A DNA stretch of 64,000 nucleotides from a virus. Its lineage: Duplodnaviria; Caudoviricetes. This document shows, one piece after another, positions 36,922 through 47,494 of the stretch. The notes under the pieces were generated by a model. The model was not told the DNA's origin, did no database searches, and saw nothing but the letters and a program-made list of their open reading frames with translations. The stretch covers positions 96,001 through 160,000 of IMG/VR virus record IMGVR_UViG_3300014000_000001. One strand, given 5' to 3'. Made by a program: the position numbers and the translations under genes. Each line of letters begins with the position of its first letter. Positions within the stretch are counted from its first letter, which is position 1.

Positions 36922-37806
36922 ATGTTTGATGAATTATTTACGGAATATCTCTTTCGGGTATTCCCCGAAGAATATGCAGCTATGATCATGAGTGCACGGG
37001 AAGCGTTAATGGTTTATGAGTATGCGCTTTGTGAAGCTAACCTTTATAAAACCATGCCTGAAGATTCTGATATTGATTTAGCGACATCTAAAATCTTAAT
37101 TCAACAATGTTTGAAAGATGGTTTTAATCAAGTCTTTGCGGTGATTGGAATTCGTTCCCGTTTGGATTTAAGTGATATCCATGCAATGGATCAACTACTT
37201 CGTTCATTGAAGAACTTAGAAGAATCATCAGATCACGAAGCAATTGTTAATATCGTGATTAATGATCAATACTCCCAAGCTGAAATTATTGAAGAACTCT
37301 TTAAATTAGTAGTGTTAGATGATAATTTCATTAATATTTTGTTAGAGTTTGATTTAACTGATACCAATGATTTTATTAATCGTCTTTATGACTTACATAG
37401 TCGCGCATTATTGAATCGTGTTGGTGAGGCTACTGAAGACCGTCCTGATCGTACTTACCTAGATCGCATTCGGTCATTTGTGGATAAATACCCACAAACC
37501 ATTGTGGCGCGAAAGTTTGAGGCTAAGCAAATTCTGTTTGGTCAAAACTATCAACATTATATTGCTGAAAATATGGCAGAGTTACAGCAACTTTATCCAA
37601 ACTACCCTGATCGTACTCCGATTGAGTTTTTAGGATTAGCGTTCTTTGCCAATATTCAACGTCATGATTTATCAGGTCACGTTAAAACAGCGATTGCTAA
37701 GTTTTATAATGATCTTAAATTTACAACCCAAACCAATATGATGGTGGATAAACTTATCGAGGAGATTGAGAGAGATGGCATCAGTCAACCTGATCGAATG
37801 GTTTAA
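36922..37806 (+). CDS. conserved protein (phiKZ gp79 position)
   Basis: 294 aa, upstream of the vRNAP subunit. Confidence 0.65.
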   Translation: MFDELFTEYLFRVFPEEYAAMIMSAREALMVYEYALCEANLYKTMPEDSDIDLATSKILIQQCLKDGFNQVFAVIGIRSRLDLSDIHAMDQLLRSLKNLEESSDHEAIVNIVINDQYSQAEIIEELFKLVVLDDNFINILLEFDLTDTNDFINRLYDLHSRALLNRVGEATEDRPDRTYLDRIRSFVDKYPQTIVARKFEAKQILFGQNYQHYIAENMAELQQLYPNYPDRTPIEFLGLAFFANIQRHDLSGHVKTAIAKFYNDLKFTTQTNMMVDKLIEEIERDGISQPDRMV

Positions 37807-39094
37807 ACAAGCCATTAAGAAAGATCGCTGGAAAGAACCAGGTTGGGTTACTCAAATTTTCTGTGTGACTGAACTTGAAAACATGAAAGATGTAGTGGTC
37901 GATGTAAATAAACCCATTGCGCCTTTTGAGTTATTTGTGTTTATGGATGATAAAACTTATTGTTATTGGGATGCCGATGAGAATGAGTTTATTCAAATCA
38001 ACAATACTTTAGTTACTGAACCTTTGTTTAAAGTTGAAGATAAAATCAAACTAAACCCGGGAGATATCGCTAATGTTAAAGAGTCTGTCGACAGCACGCT
38101 TGGCTGTGTCATTATCAACCTCTATATGTGCGTCTACGCCTTTGGAGATAAAGTGCCTTACTTTAACGGTCAAACAAAAGGAGGCGATATTGAAAAATAC
38201 ATTGTCTCAAAAAGTCAAGAGCGTACAAAAGATGCTCCTATTGACGCGATCTTCCCGGATGAAATTGTTCAGTACAAAAAAGCGACCATGGCCTTAGCCC
38301 CTTTTGCAATGATCTGTTGTGCTTCTGCAGATAAGGCTTCTTTAACGATTAACCCTAAAGTGTTAGAGTTAAGAGATAGTTTATTTGCTAAACATAAAGA
38401 TGAATTATCTAATCCTGCGGTTGTTGCAGATATTGAAAAACAATGCGTGGATTTGGATATTGAATTACGTAAAGGATCGATTTCAGATGGATTCTTTATG
38501 GGTGATCGTAAGTTACAAGCCGTGGGTCGTAAGAAAGCATTTATCTCTTATGGGCTAGAAGGCGGTTTAGGTGGAGAGCTTTCCCTAGTAAAGAACTCCT
38601 TATCCGAAGGAATCAATTACCAAGACCTTCCTTTATATGCTGATGCTATTACTGCAGCATCTCAATCACGTGGTCTTCTCACCGCACAAGGTGGGGAATT
38701 GGTGAAATATAACTTACGTATGTTTCAGAATGCTTCAATCTCGATGGATGACTGTGGTACAACAGGTTATATTGATTTCTTAGTCACTGCAAGTAATGTA
38801 AAAATGCTACCTACACGGTATATGTTTATGGGTAAAGAAACGGTAATGATTACCAGTGATCAAACTAAGTCATTAATTGGTACCCGAATTAAGTTACGTT
38901 CCCCTGGTTATTGTTTGGCTTCTGGACGTAACTTTTGTAAACACTGTGTCGATGTTAACATCGCAGCGCGACCAAACGGTATTGCAACCACCACATCAAA
39001 AGGTTCAAGCGTTATTATGAACGTGGCAATGAAAAAAATGCACGGTACTGTACTTGAAGCATTTGATTTTATCATTGCTGACCACATTAGTTAA
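37775..39094 (+). CDS. virion RNAP beta-prime subunit fragment (phiKZ gp80-like)
   Basis: NSLSEG, SQSRGLLTAQGGELVK (bridge helix), DDCGT, LRSPGYC..SGRNFCKHC, MKKMHG (trigger loop). Confidence 0.88.
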   Translation: MASVNLIEWFKQAIKKDRWKEPGWVTQIFCVTELENMKDVVVDVNKPIAPFELFVFMDDKTYCYWDADENEFIQINNTLVTEPLFKVEDKIKLNPGDIANVKESVDSTLGCVIINLYMCVYAFGDKVPYFNGQTKGGDIEKYIVSKSQERTKDAPIDAIFPDEIVQYKKATMALAPFAMICCASADKASLTINPKVLELRDSLFAKHKDELSNPAVVADIEKQCVDLDIELRKGSISDGFFMGDRKLQAVGRKKAFISYGLEGGLGGELSLVKNSLSEGINYQDLPLYADAITAASQSRGLLTAQGGELVKYNLRMFQNASISMDDCGTTGYIDFLVTASNVKMLPTRYMFMGKETVMITSDQTKSLIGTRIKLRSPGYCLASGRNFCKHCVDVNIAARPNGIATTTSKGSSVIMNVAMKKMHGTVLEAFDFIIADHIS

Positions 39095-39105
39095 TGGAGT
39101 AAACC

Positions 39106-39762
39106 ATGAGTAACAAACAAACAGCTCGTCAACGCAATCAAGCTCAAGCTGCTCAAACTTCTAAACCCACTAGCACCCAAGCAACGGATGCTGATGAACT
39201 TTATAGAATTGCTCAAAGCATGAATGAAAATGAAGTTCAAGGTTTAACTGTTGAAGCGGTTGAAGAGATTAGTCCAATTGATGCTTTCACCTTAGCAGCT
39301 TACGGAACTAAACTTGTAGATCAATCAGCTAACGTGAATAAGATCGTTGAACGTATGAATGTTTACATGGGTAAAATGAATTCTCGTACACCGATCTCTT
39401 CAGCAAAAGAAGGGGCTGAGAATCAAGTCTATTTACTCAACACCTTTATGCGTGCGTTAAGTTATGAGGGAAGTGATATGCTTCGTTCAGTGGACTTAAT
39501 CTTGTTCTTGATTCACGCTAACCGCAATGACAGTTTCCGTGATGATATGGTGTATCGTTTTATCCCATTCATTCAACGTCAAGCAACTGATGTTAATACC
39601 TTCACTAAAGTGTTAGAGATCTTCTTAAAGTTATCTAACCCAGCAACCCGTGCAATTCAAGCGGGTGACGGTTCAATTAAAAAAGCTTTAACATTAATTG
39701 ACCCAAGTTATAAACAGGTAACTTTTGCACTGGTTACCTATTTATCACAATATACAACATAA
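39106..39762 (+). CDS. conserved hypothetical protein
   Basis: 218 aa, GGAG RBS. Confidence 0.75.
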   Translation: MSNKQTARQRNQAQAAQTSKPTSTQATDADELYRIAQSMNENEVQGLTVEAVEEISPIDAFTLAAYGTKLVDQSANVNKIVERMNVYMGKMNSRTPISSAKEGAENQVYLLNTFMRALSYEGSDMLRSVDLILFLIHANRNDSFRDDMVYRFIPFIQRQATDVNTFTKVLEIFLKLSNPATRAIQAGDGSIKKALTLIDPSYKQVTFALVTYLSQYTT

Positions 39763-39766
39763 CGGC

Positions 39767-39800
39767 TAGATGGGGGAATCCTTTAGGATTCCCCCATCTA
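39767..39800. terminator. bidirectional terminator
   Basis: TAGATGGGGGAATCCT-TT-AGGATTCCCCCATCTA. Confidence 0.85.
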
Positions 39801-39809
39801 TTATGCAGT

Positions 39810-41624
39810 TTACACCGCATCTAGTATCCGTTGTGATCTTTTAGCTGCTTCACGCGCACGCTGTTTCTTCTCAATCCTCTCTTGTTCCCACGCTTCGATA
39901 CGCTTACCTTTAGAACTCTCTAAACCATGAGCTTTTTCAAAATCTTCCAATTGATCTTCAAATCCTTTTAAACCAAACACTTCTTCAGCAATTACCATAG
40001 AGTTTGCTTTACCTGCAGTGAGATTTACTCCAAACTCACGGTATTCATGATACCCTAAACCTTCGATCTTACAAGTTTCAAAGAGCGCACATTCACGAGA
40101 AATATTAAATACCATACCCAAAATAGGATAGGTAGATACAATATCCAAGTCGGCGTTGTGAATAAAGATTTTAGATCGCTTAACCCCTTGACTAATTCGA
40201 TTACGTTTAAACCCAGCCCTGTCAAGTAACATGAGTCCAAAGTCTTCAATGATCGGAGCCTCAAGAGTAACAATCCAATCTTTAGATGCGGGTATGTGTT
40301 TATCAAGAGGTGATTCCATCTCTTGACCAGTTGAGCCTACTACTGCACCTTTGGTTAAGAAGAACTCATGTAACTGATCACATAAACGTCTAGGGTTAGA
40401 GTTAAAGTCTTTAAAGTGCGAACCCATCGATAAGGTAGGTACTTTTTGAGAAATATCTCCTAACTTACGATCCATCAGTACAGGTTGAATTACATCTACC
40501 AATGCATAGGCAATATACCAAAGCTGATAATGCTTTTGCATCTGATAGTGCCATTTGAGTGTACCTTCGATTTGAACTAGATCTTCGAATGGAGGTTTAA
40601 GCTTACCAGCGCCTACAACCTTAGTGGTGATATATTCTAAACCATAACTCGGTTCAGATTTCTGACGACGCAGACAGCGATATACTGATGCTGGGTCAAT
40701 GAAATAAAATGAGGCTGGGGCAAGTACACTATGCCACTGCTGTGATGGAGCGAGTGGCATGTATTTGCCTGAGTCGGTAAGTTTAGTAGTTTGTCCCTCT
40801 TTGTATTTAAAGTACTTAAATTCTTTAGGAACAGAGGGGTCAGTAAAGATATCCGCTGGATCGTGCCCTTCTTTTTGTAAGGTCTTAATCAACAAAGGCA
40901 TATCGAAGTTGATGTTCCAAAACCCAACGATGTCAGGTTTAAGCTCATGCGCTCGATTAATAACATGAATCACACATTCAGCTGCTGATTCACAAATCTT
41001 TACTTCAACATTTATTCCATGTTCTTTAACTTCAGGAACATTTGCAACTACGAAATCGCGGATGACTTCTTCAGTGTGTCTTGAGTCATGTAACCATTCA
41101 CCATGTACCGCAATAACTCCCACATTACCATGGTAAAATGACATGATAATTAAATCATTGGTCCCATTTACAACATTGGTCTCGGTATCCATACATCCCA
41201 CTTCTAAGTCGAAAGGTTGTACTTCTGGATATTGTTTCTTGTACATGTCATTAACAATGCAAGTAATGTCTTTATCCACACCGTAGATAAAAGGAGAATT
41301 ACACAATTGCCTAAGACTAGTTCTACTATTTGGGATCAAACCTAATTTTTGTTGAATGTTTCTCACCAGTTTACGTTGGGTAGATCGATGATGAGTTACT
41401 CGATCTAAATATTCATATTCAAGCTTACCTTCTTGGTGCTGTCGATAAGCAGGTTTGGTAATCCAGTAATCACGATGGACGTTCTTATGGACTTTCATCT
41501 CAGGAACACGTGTTCCGTCTGGATGGATTGCGTAACGCTTTACAACGACTGCATCGTCCTCATCATTGTTTAATGAGTTACTATAACAGGCGTGTACAAA
41601 TGCGTATTGTATTTTGTCGGCCAT
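39810..41624 (-). CDS. split family-B DNA polymerase, 3'-5' exonuclease / motif A subunit (phiKZ gp82-like)
   Basis: ExoI MDTET, ExoII WNINFDMP, ExoIII YALVD, polymerase motif A DLDIVSTYP. Confidence 0.9.
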   Translation of the reverse strand: MADKIQYAFVHACYSNSLNNDEDDAVVVKRYAIHPDGTRVPEMKVHKNVHRDYWITKPAYRQHQEGKLEYEYLDRVTHHRSTQRKLVRNIQQKLGLIPNSRTSLRQLCNSPFIYGVDKDITCIVNDMYKKQYPEVQPFDLEVGCMDTETNVVNGTNDLIIMSFYHGNVGVIAVHGEWLHDSRHTEEVIRDFVVANVPEVKEHGINVEVKICESAAECVIHVINRAHELKPDIVGFWNINFDMPLLIKTLQKEGHDPADIFTDPSVPKEFKYFKYKEGQTTKLTDSGKYMPLAPSQQWHSVLAPASFYFIDPASVYRCLRRQKSEPSYGLEYITTKVVGAGKLKPPFEDLVQIEGTLKWHYQMQKHYQLWYIAYALVDVIQPVLMDRKLGDISQKVPTLSMGSHFKDFNSNPRRLCDQLHEFFLTKGAVVGSTGQEMESPLDKHIPASKDWIVTLEAPIIEDFGLMLLDRAGFKRNRISQGVKRSKIFIHNADLDIVSTYPILGMVFNISRECALFETCKIEGLGYHEYREFGVNLTAGKANSMVIAEEVFGLKGFEDQLEDFEKAHGLESSKGKRIEAWEQERIEKKQRAREAAKRSQRILDAV

Positions 41625-41689
41625 TTTTCTATCCCCTTCTCAATACGATTCCTATGTGATGTAATTTATAAAAAAGAGCGAGCAGACTT

Positions 41690-42952
41690 ATGAACCGATA
41701 TGGTGGCTTTTTAAAGATGGAAGGGTATGCGAATATCAGCTCGCGTCTAATCCCATCTTTAGTCGAAGAAGTAGCAAGAATTCGTAAAGAAGGTGATTAT
41801 TCTCAAGAAGCGATTGAGAAATCAAAACTCTCTGAAATCGTTAAAGCATTTGTTGGTATTCGTGCGGTGTTTTTTATCAGTCCGAATATTAATCGTAATG
41901 CTTTTTTCAAAATCCCTTCACTGGATAACAACCATCCCTTCTTCACTCAAGCAGGGTTTCAAAATTGGTTTGGCTCTGAATCAGGAGTGATTGTCGTTGA
42001 TCGCAATACACCGCTTGAAGGTTCAGTGGATATTAAAAATTATAAAGTCAGTGGAATCTTTTCTGAAATTGAAATCAGTATTGTGATTGGTCATTCTTGG
42101 ATGAAAGATCGTAAATATACTGATGAAGAAATTGCTGAAGTGTTAGCTCATGAAATTGGTCACGCTTATGATTACTTCCGTTTGCTAGGTAATGTTATTC
42201 GTGACAGTTGGTTGATCTCTAATGCTTCTAAAGTTGCAATTAGTGATGCTCCTCCAGAAGTTAAAGAGAAGTTATTGGTCCGCACTAAAGAACAACTAGG
42301 TGTGGACGAACTTAACTATAAAGATCTATTACAAACTGCAGATGTGAATCGAAAAGATGCTGTGGAGTTAGTATTAGTTACCAACTCTTTAATCAAAGGT
42401 GCAACCCAATCGAAAACCCCACTTTATGATGCACGAACTGTAGAGCAATCTGCAGATGCATTTGTTGCCTATCATGGCGGTGGTCGTGCCCTTGCTTCTG
42501 CTTTGGTAAAAATGAATAAAGAGAACTGGGATGTTTCTACTCGTTCTCCTGTGTCTTATATTGTGGTTGAATTAATGAAGACTTTAATCACTTTATGGAT
42601 GTTCTATGGTTCACCAATCTCAACCATCATTTGGTTATGTTACATGATCCCAAGTAACAAACTCTATGATTCTCCTGAAGCACGCGTAGAAACATTAAAG
42701 CAGAACTGTGTAAACGCATTGCGTCAGACCAAAGACCCAGAAGAGAAAAAGCAATTGCTTGAAGAAATCGCAGCAATTGATGTTTCTTTAAAAGAGTTGA
42801 AAGATCGTCGCACATTCTACGAGCTGATTTACGACACCATTACCCCGCTTGGACGTAAACGCTATCAGCAAGAGCAACATCAACAAGCGGTAAAAACCTT
42901 ATTGTTTAACGAATTGCAAGCAAAAGCAATGACTTGGAGAGATAACAAATGA
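41690..42952 (+). CDS. putative virion head protein with an M48-like zinc metalloprotease motif
   Basis: LAHEIGH, EQSADAF, LASALVKM; hydrophobic segment; short N-terminal propeptide ending FLKME. Confidence 0.7.
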   Translation: MNRYGGFLKMEGYANISSRLIPSLVEEVARIRKEGDYSQEAIEKSKLSEIVKAFVGIRAVFFISPNINRNAFFKIPSLDNNHPFFTQAGFQNWFGSESGVIVVDRNTPLEGSVDIKNYKVSGIFSEIEISIVIGHSWMKDRKYTDEEIAEVLAHEIGHAYDYFRLLGNVIRDSWLISNASKVAISDAPPEVKEKLLVRTKEQLGVDELNYKDLLQTADVNRKDAVELVLVTNSLIKGATQSKTPLYDARTVEQSADAFVAYHGGGRALASALVKMNKENWDVSTRSPVSYIVVELMKTLITLWMFYGSPISTIIWLCYMIPSNKLYDSPEARVETLKQNCVNALRQTKDPEEKKQLLEEIAAIDVSLKELKDRRTFYELIYDTITPLGRKRYQQEQHQQAVKTLLFNELQAKAMTWRDNK

Positions 42953-43377
42953 GTGACAACAAATTACTCTTGAGTTTACAACGTTTAAATCAACATGATT
43001 TATCAGGTTATGTAACAGCCGAAAAACGCGATGTGCTTGGTATTATTACTGGGGTATTGGTTGCCATGCGCTTACCTTTACCAACTACACCAGTAACTGA
43101 AGTAGTGAACTACTACGTCTCTACTCATGAACCTGTGGCTGCAAAGATGTTCGATCAAGTGAACTCACAGTTATTCATCAATACATTAAAAGCTGCTGAA
43201 GTTGCGCGTAATGTATATATGTTCCGTTATCGTGCAGTTTATGATGATGAGTTCGTATTGAAGTTTATGCCTTTGATTTTTAATAATTCAATTGCAGCTC
43301 TTCCAGCAGGTGTAAATGAACTGATTGGAAAAGTTACCCCAGAAGTAATGGCAAAAGCAACTGAATATTATTTTTAA
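42949..43377 (+). CDS. putative virion protein (phiKZ gp83-86 region)
   Basis: 142 aa, ATGA-coupled. Confidence 0.65.
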   Translation: MSDNKLLLSLQRLNQHDLSGYVTAEKRDVLGIITGVLVAMRLPLPTTPVTEVVNYYVSTHEPVAAKMFDQVNSQLFINTLKAAEVARNVYMFRYRAVYDDEFVLKFMPLIFNNSIAALPAGVNELIGKVTPEVMAKATEYYF

Positions 43378-43407
43378 AAGAAAGGGGTTCGCGCCCCTTT
43401 CTTGTTT
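43378..43407 (+). terminator. terminator hairpin
   Basis: AAGAAAGGGG-TTCGCG-CCCCTTTCTT. Confidence 0.75.
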
Positions 43408-43424
43408 ATGAAAGGTTCTAAAAA

Positions 43425-44936
43425 ATGACAAACTTTATTAGTATCGAACATGCTGCGAGCCGTCAGTTGTTAAAGCTTAAACGGCTAACATTACAAGAGT
43501 CTATCTCCCAAGCTCTAAAGCAAGAAGCTTACGATGATTCAGGGATTGACAATACTTGGGTGAGTAATTTAGAAAAAGAAGCTCCAGGGATTATTACTGC
43601 GTATTCTGGAGATCATAACTTCACTACAGCAACACCTGAAGAGAATCGTCGAGTAGTGATGGAAGCTGTTAATTCTGGAACTGCTTTAAAGGCAGGGATT
43701 GTAGCTGCAGTAATCTTATTGATTTTTAAAGTCTATCGGGTTTTAACGAACAATAAAGAATTCAATATGGGCGGGAGTGGCGGTCGTGGTACCAGTTCTT
43801 ACAATGCTCAACAGTTAGAAGAAGTACGCGCTAAAGGCAAACAAGCTTTAGAAGAACTTGAAAAAGCCAAAGAAGTTATTAATCAGGTTAAGAGCAATCC
43901 TCTGAATCGAGAAGATGACTCACCAGTTTATAAAGCCGTTGAACAAATGAACAAAGCCGCAGCAGGTAATGTCCCAGCAGATGAGCAGAAGACAAATAAA
44001 AACCCGCTAGATGAAGCTGTTAATCTTAAGTTTGAATTTTTAACTCGAGTGTTTCACTTGCTTCCATTTTATTTTATAACAAGTAGTGATGAGGCTTTTG
44101 AAACAGCATTAACGTTTTACGAGCTTTTGGTAAATTTCAACACTGGTAAAATGTCGAAGGTCTTTGACTTCCGTGTATTCATTACAAGTATGTTGAATAT
44201 GGTGGAAGATTTATCCAGTATGGATTTAATCCAGATGAGTGATAATTTGGTAAGTCCAAAATACCAAGATGTTTGGATTACTATCTGTCAAGGTATCTTT
44301 ACTGAATTTGGTAAGTTGGTTCCAGAGATTCAACAAGCAGCTTCGACGCTACAAGGAGCTAAACTTCCAGAATATGTAGAAGCGCTACAAAAAACTGTTA
44401 AACCATTTACAGCTATGGCATCTGAAATGATGGCACCGAACACCGAATCGCTAACGTCTCCAGATGGTGAAACCTTCGGAATATTTACAGATGATGAACT
44501 CTATAAACAAGCAATCGCTTATTTTGAGTCCAGTGGCCAAACAACTACAGGTTCTATTTTCTCCCGCATTGAAAAGATAGGCTCAGCAAACGAGCACTTT
44601 AAAGAATTTGTTACGTTGTATGAACGCGAGTTTGAATCATCGGACGGTAGTGGAGCAATGCAGCAAATCTATAGTAGGCTCGATCAAATCATTGCTCGAA
44701 TAAAAGAGTCAGGTGAATTAGAACCAGATGCTAAATCGGTTATGATGGCACACATCACATCTTACAAATCATTGTTCGATATAGTGATAACCCAACTATT
44801 AAAAACCCTCTTTAATTTCCGTACATCTGCTGATAAAGCTAATGTCATGTTAAAACGAATGAACTCGGATCTAGACATGATGTTGAAGAAAATCGTAGCA
44901 AGTATAGATACTGTTAAGAAAAACGAAGGAGCTTAA
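43425..44936 (+). CDS. putative internal head/ejection protein
   Basis: 503 aa; propeptide with LQE/KQE/VME sites followed by a hydrophobic helix. Confidence 0.65.
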   Translation: MTNFISIEHAASRQLLKLKRLTLQESISQALKQEAYDDSGIDNTWVSNLEKEAPGIITAYSGDHNFTTATPEENRRVVMEAVNSGTALKAGIVAAVILLIFKVYRVLTNNKEFNMGGSGGRGTSSYNAQQLEEVRAKGKQALEELEKAKEVINQVKSNPLNREDDSPVYKAVEQMNKAAAGNVPADEQKTNKNPLDEAVNLKFEFLTRVFHLLPFYFITSSDEAFETALTFYELLVNFNTGKMSKVFDFRVFITSMLNMVEDLSSMDLIQMSDNLVSPKYQDVWITICQGIFTEFGKLVPEIQQAASTLQGAKLPEYVEALQKTVKPFTAMASEMMAPNTESLTSPDGETFGIFTDDELYKQAIAYFESSGQTTTGSIFSRIEKIGSANEHFKEFVTLYEREFESSDGSGAMQQIYSRLDQIIARIKESGELEPDAKSVMMAHITSYKSLFDIVITQLLKTLFNFRTSADKANVMLKRMNSDLDMMLKKIVASIDTVKKNEGA

Positions 44937-44938
44937 TC

Positions 44939-46570
44939 ATGGCATCGTTATTACATATCGTGGATACAGACTCCTTAGAGAAAGATCCCAATTTAAAATT
45001 TGACCCCCAAAATGCATCAGCATTTTTAAATAATGACCATCCGAAATTTCAGGAATTAAAAGAAGGTCTTACTCCTGAACAGATCGAAATTCTCGAGAAC
45101 GTGACTCAGGTGGATGGATTTGAACTTAAAGACCATGATGAGAAAATTCTCAATGGAGATGAGGAGTTTATTGATCCTGACACAGGAGAGAAGATCAAAC
45201 TCGATGATACTGATCTCACCTTAGATGATCTAGGGTTTGTTGATCCGTCTAAGTTACGCACGCTTACCCTTGAAGCGTTCTATCATTTTGAAGCCTACGA
45301 GCTCCAACAGAAGATTTCAGGAGCTTATGGTGAGTTATCTACCTTAAGTAAAGAACTTGCTCGTACAGGCTATGTATCGCGCTTACAAGCGGATAACATC
45401 AATGGTTTACTCGGTGGTGGATTATACGACAATGTGGTGATGGAATCATTTACTAAACTTCCAACTAAAACTAATTTTAATTTAGTGATGGAGGAAGTTG
45501 ATCACGCCAAAGCTGCATTAGCTGCAGGTGCTGGTGTTGTAGGTGCAGCAGTGCTTTATAAGTTAATCAAATGGTTCTTAAACTCCTGGAACAAGAATGC
45601 AGTCGCGTCAGGTTCTATTGCAGGTAACATCAAAAATATGCAAGAACGTGCTGAGCGTTTGAAGAATTCAACTGATATTATTAATACTGCCAATACTGCA
45701 CTCGCTCAAACCATCCAAGATCTTAAAAACTCTGGAGAGTTAAACAACTCTTTAAAACCATTCCTTACAAAACTTCAAGGGATGCAGAATGTTTCAGATC
45801 AAAATCAAGCAATGCAGCTAATGGGTGAGCTTGAAAAAGCAGTTTCGATTAAAGCATTGAAACCTTATTATTCAAATATGTGGTTATCAATCTCTACAGG
45901 ACAACAGGTTCAAGTTGGTAGTGGTTCATTCATTGCCAATCAAGCTTTCTTTGCTGCAATTCCATTGGTGATCGGAGCGTGTAAGGAACTGCAGAATATT
46001 GTTAACTCTCAAGTTGAAAATATTCGAACCACTGGTGCTGATAAAGCGATTCAGGATAAGGATACTGAATATAAAAAAGCTTTAGATTCTTTCAAACAGT
46101 TTGGTGGAATTGTGGGTTATACCCAACAAAGTGATAACGTGTTTGAATATTGCAATGGGATGATGAATCACATTCTACAAAATATTGTTGCTCCGTTAAG
46201 TGATAGCTTTATCATTAAAGATGTTCCAAATGCCCAGAAGATGCAGGTAGTCAATGCAGAGGCATGGAATAATGTTGATGATGACTATGAAAAAGAAGTG
46301 AGTGATTTCCAAGAGAGTATCACTTCTTTAAATGGTAAAGAAGGTAAAGCTGGGGTATTTGGTATTGGTGCAAAAGCAGCTCAACCTGATAAAGTGCAGC
46401 AAGGTAATGATGTACAAAAAGATTCACGTATTGCTGAGTATGAAAAGATTACTCAAGCATTCCGTGGTTCGATGTGTGTGATGCGCGCATTACTTGCTGT
46501 TCGAAATAATTTAGGTAAAGGTTTATCTGCACTCAATAAAGAAACTGAAAAACTCTACGGTGGCAAGTAA
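44939..46570 (+). CDS. putative internal head/ejection protein
   Basis: 543 aa; acidic propeptide, ESFTKLPTKTNF..VMEE then a hydrophobic helix; paralogous to the previous gene (FTT.T...N...VMEA). Confidence 0.68.
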   Translation: MASLLHIVDTDSLEKDPNLKFDPQNASAFLNNDHPKFQELKEGLTPEQIEILENVTQVDGFELKDHDEKILNGDEEFIDPDTGEKIKLDDTDLTLDDLGFVDPSKLRTLTLEAFYHFEAYELQQKISGAYGELSTLSKELARTGYVSRLQADNINGLLGGGLYDNVVMESFTKLPTKTNFNLVMEEVDHAKAALAAGAGVVGAAVLYKLIKWFLNSWNKNAVASGSIAGNIKNMQERAERLKNSTDIINTANTALAQTIQDLKNSGELNNSLKPFLTKLQGMQNVSDQNQAMQLMGELEKAVSIKALKPYYSNMWLSISTGQQVQVGSGSFIANQAFFAAIPLVIGACKELQNIVNSQVENIRTTGADKAIQDKDTEYKKALDSFKQFGGIVGYTQQSDNVFEYCNGMMNHILQNIVAPLSDSFIIKDVPNAQKMQVVNAEAWNNVDDDYEKEVSDFQESITSLNGKEGKAGVFGIGAKAAQPDKVQQGNDVQKDSRIAEYEKITQAFRGSMCVMRALLAVRNNLGKGLSALNKETEKLYGGK

Positions 46571-46575
46571 AGACG

Positions 46576-46601
46576 ATGATCCCTACCTAGGTAGGGATCA
46601 T
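46576..46601. terminator. perfect 26-bp palindromic terminator
   Basis: ATGATCCCTACCTAGGTAGGGATCAT. Confidence 0.8.
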
Positions 46602-46639
46602 TCTCCTATGCTCAAATCATTAATCTCAATTTATTTCAG

Positions 46640-46658
46640 ATATATATTATCTAGGTGA
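46640..46658 (+). promoter_or_regulatory. putative early promoter, copy 5
   Basis: ATATATATTATCTAGGTGA. Confidence 0.7.
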
Positions 46659-46708
46659 ATCAAGTCGTTCTTAATACGACCATCTTATTTAATCTAGAGG
46701 TAATTAAA

Positions 46709-47107
46709 ATGAATATTGAAGTTATGAATGTAGTCAAAAATGCAATGATTAAAGACATCAAAGAAAACCCAACTAAAATTGCTGAGTTAGAAACTAACCC
46801 AGCTATAGCTGTAAGCTATAGTGATATTGAAGGTTTCTGTGCACTTTATCCGAATAAAGAAGCAGCTTTAGTTGCTTTAGAAGAAGTCAAAAATCTTCCA
46901 GACGTAGATGATTTATCCCTATCCTCTAACGGGTTAGTGGTGTCATGTACATTCCTAATTCCTAACGAAGCTCAAGGATTTGAGTTAGAATTGTACTGTG
47001 GTTGTGCTCAAGCGGTTGCAGAATTAAGTGGTACTGAGTTCATTTCAAATTGGGTGGACTTACATCATCGCGCTAACCAAATGTGGATGGCTGATACATC
47101 GTTCTAA
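46709..47107 (+). CDS. hypothetical early protein
   Basis: AGAGGT RBS before MNIEVM; the track start 46655 lies inside the promoter. Confidence 0.75.
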   Translation: MNIEVMNVVKNAMIKDIKENPTKIAELETNPAIAVSYSDIEGFCALYPNKEAALVALEEVKNLPDVDDLSLSSNGLVVSCTFLIPNEAQGFELELYCGCAQAVAELSGTEFISNWVDLHHRANQMWMADTSF

Positions 47108-47216
47108 AAATGATTTACCCGTATTGGATGTTTGGGGTTATAAAACGTCCTGCCAGTCATGGTGAAAATATGAATAACTTAATATCAGAATCATTCTATG
47201 TACAGGTAATTAAAAT

Positions 47217-47492
47217 ATGAAAAATTCACAAGTAACAATGGCGATCGTAATTACAATCATCGTAGGTATTGTTAGCTACTACTTTGCAGCTAACAAGGAG
47301 AATGTAACCATGGCAAACGCCATGGTTAAAGCTGGTCTATCTGCGCCAGAATACGTGGATATTGAATATTCCACAGAAAAGAAAGATCTATATATCGTCA
47401 AGTACGGTCTGGGCGGCCGTACCTGTAAATCTTTCATTAAAATGGAAGATGGTGTAATTACCGAGGAATTCGGTAAGAAGTGCTGGGGGTAA
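47217..47492 (+). CDS. small membrane-anchored/exported protein
   Basis: N-terminal TM MAIVITIIVGIVSYYFAA; two C-terminal Cys. Confidence 0.75.
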   Translation: MKNSQVTMAIVITIIVGIVSYYFAANKENVTMANAMVKAGLSAPEYVDIEYSTEKKDLYIVKYGLGGRTCKSFIKMEDGVITEEFGKKCWG

Positions 47493-47494
47493 AT

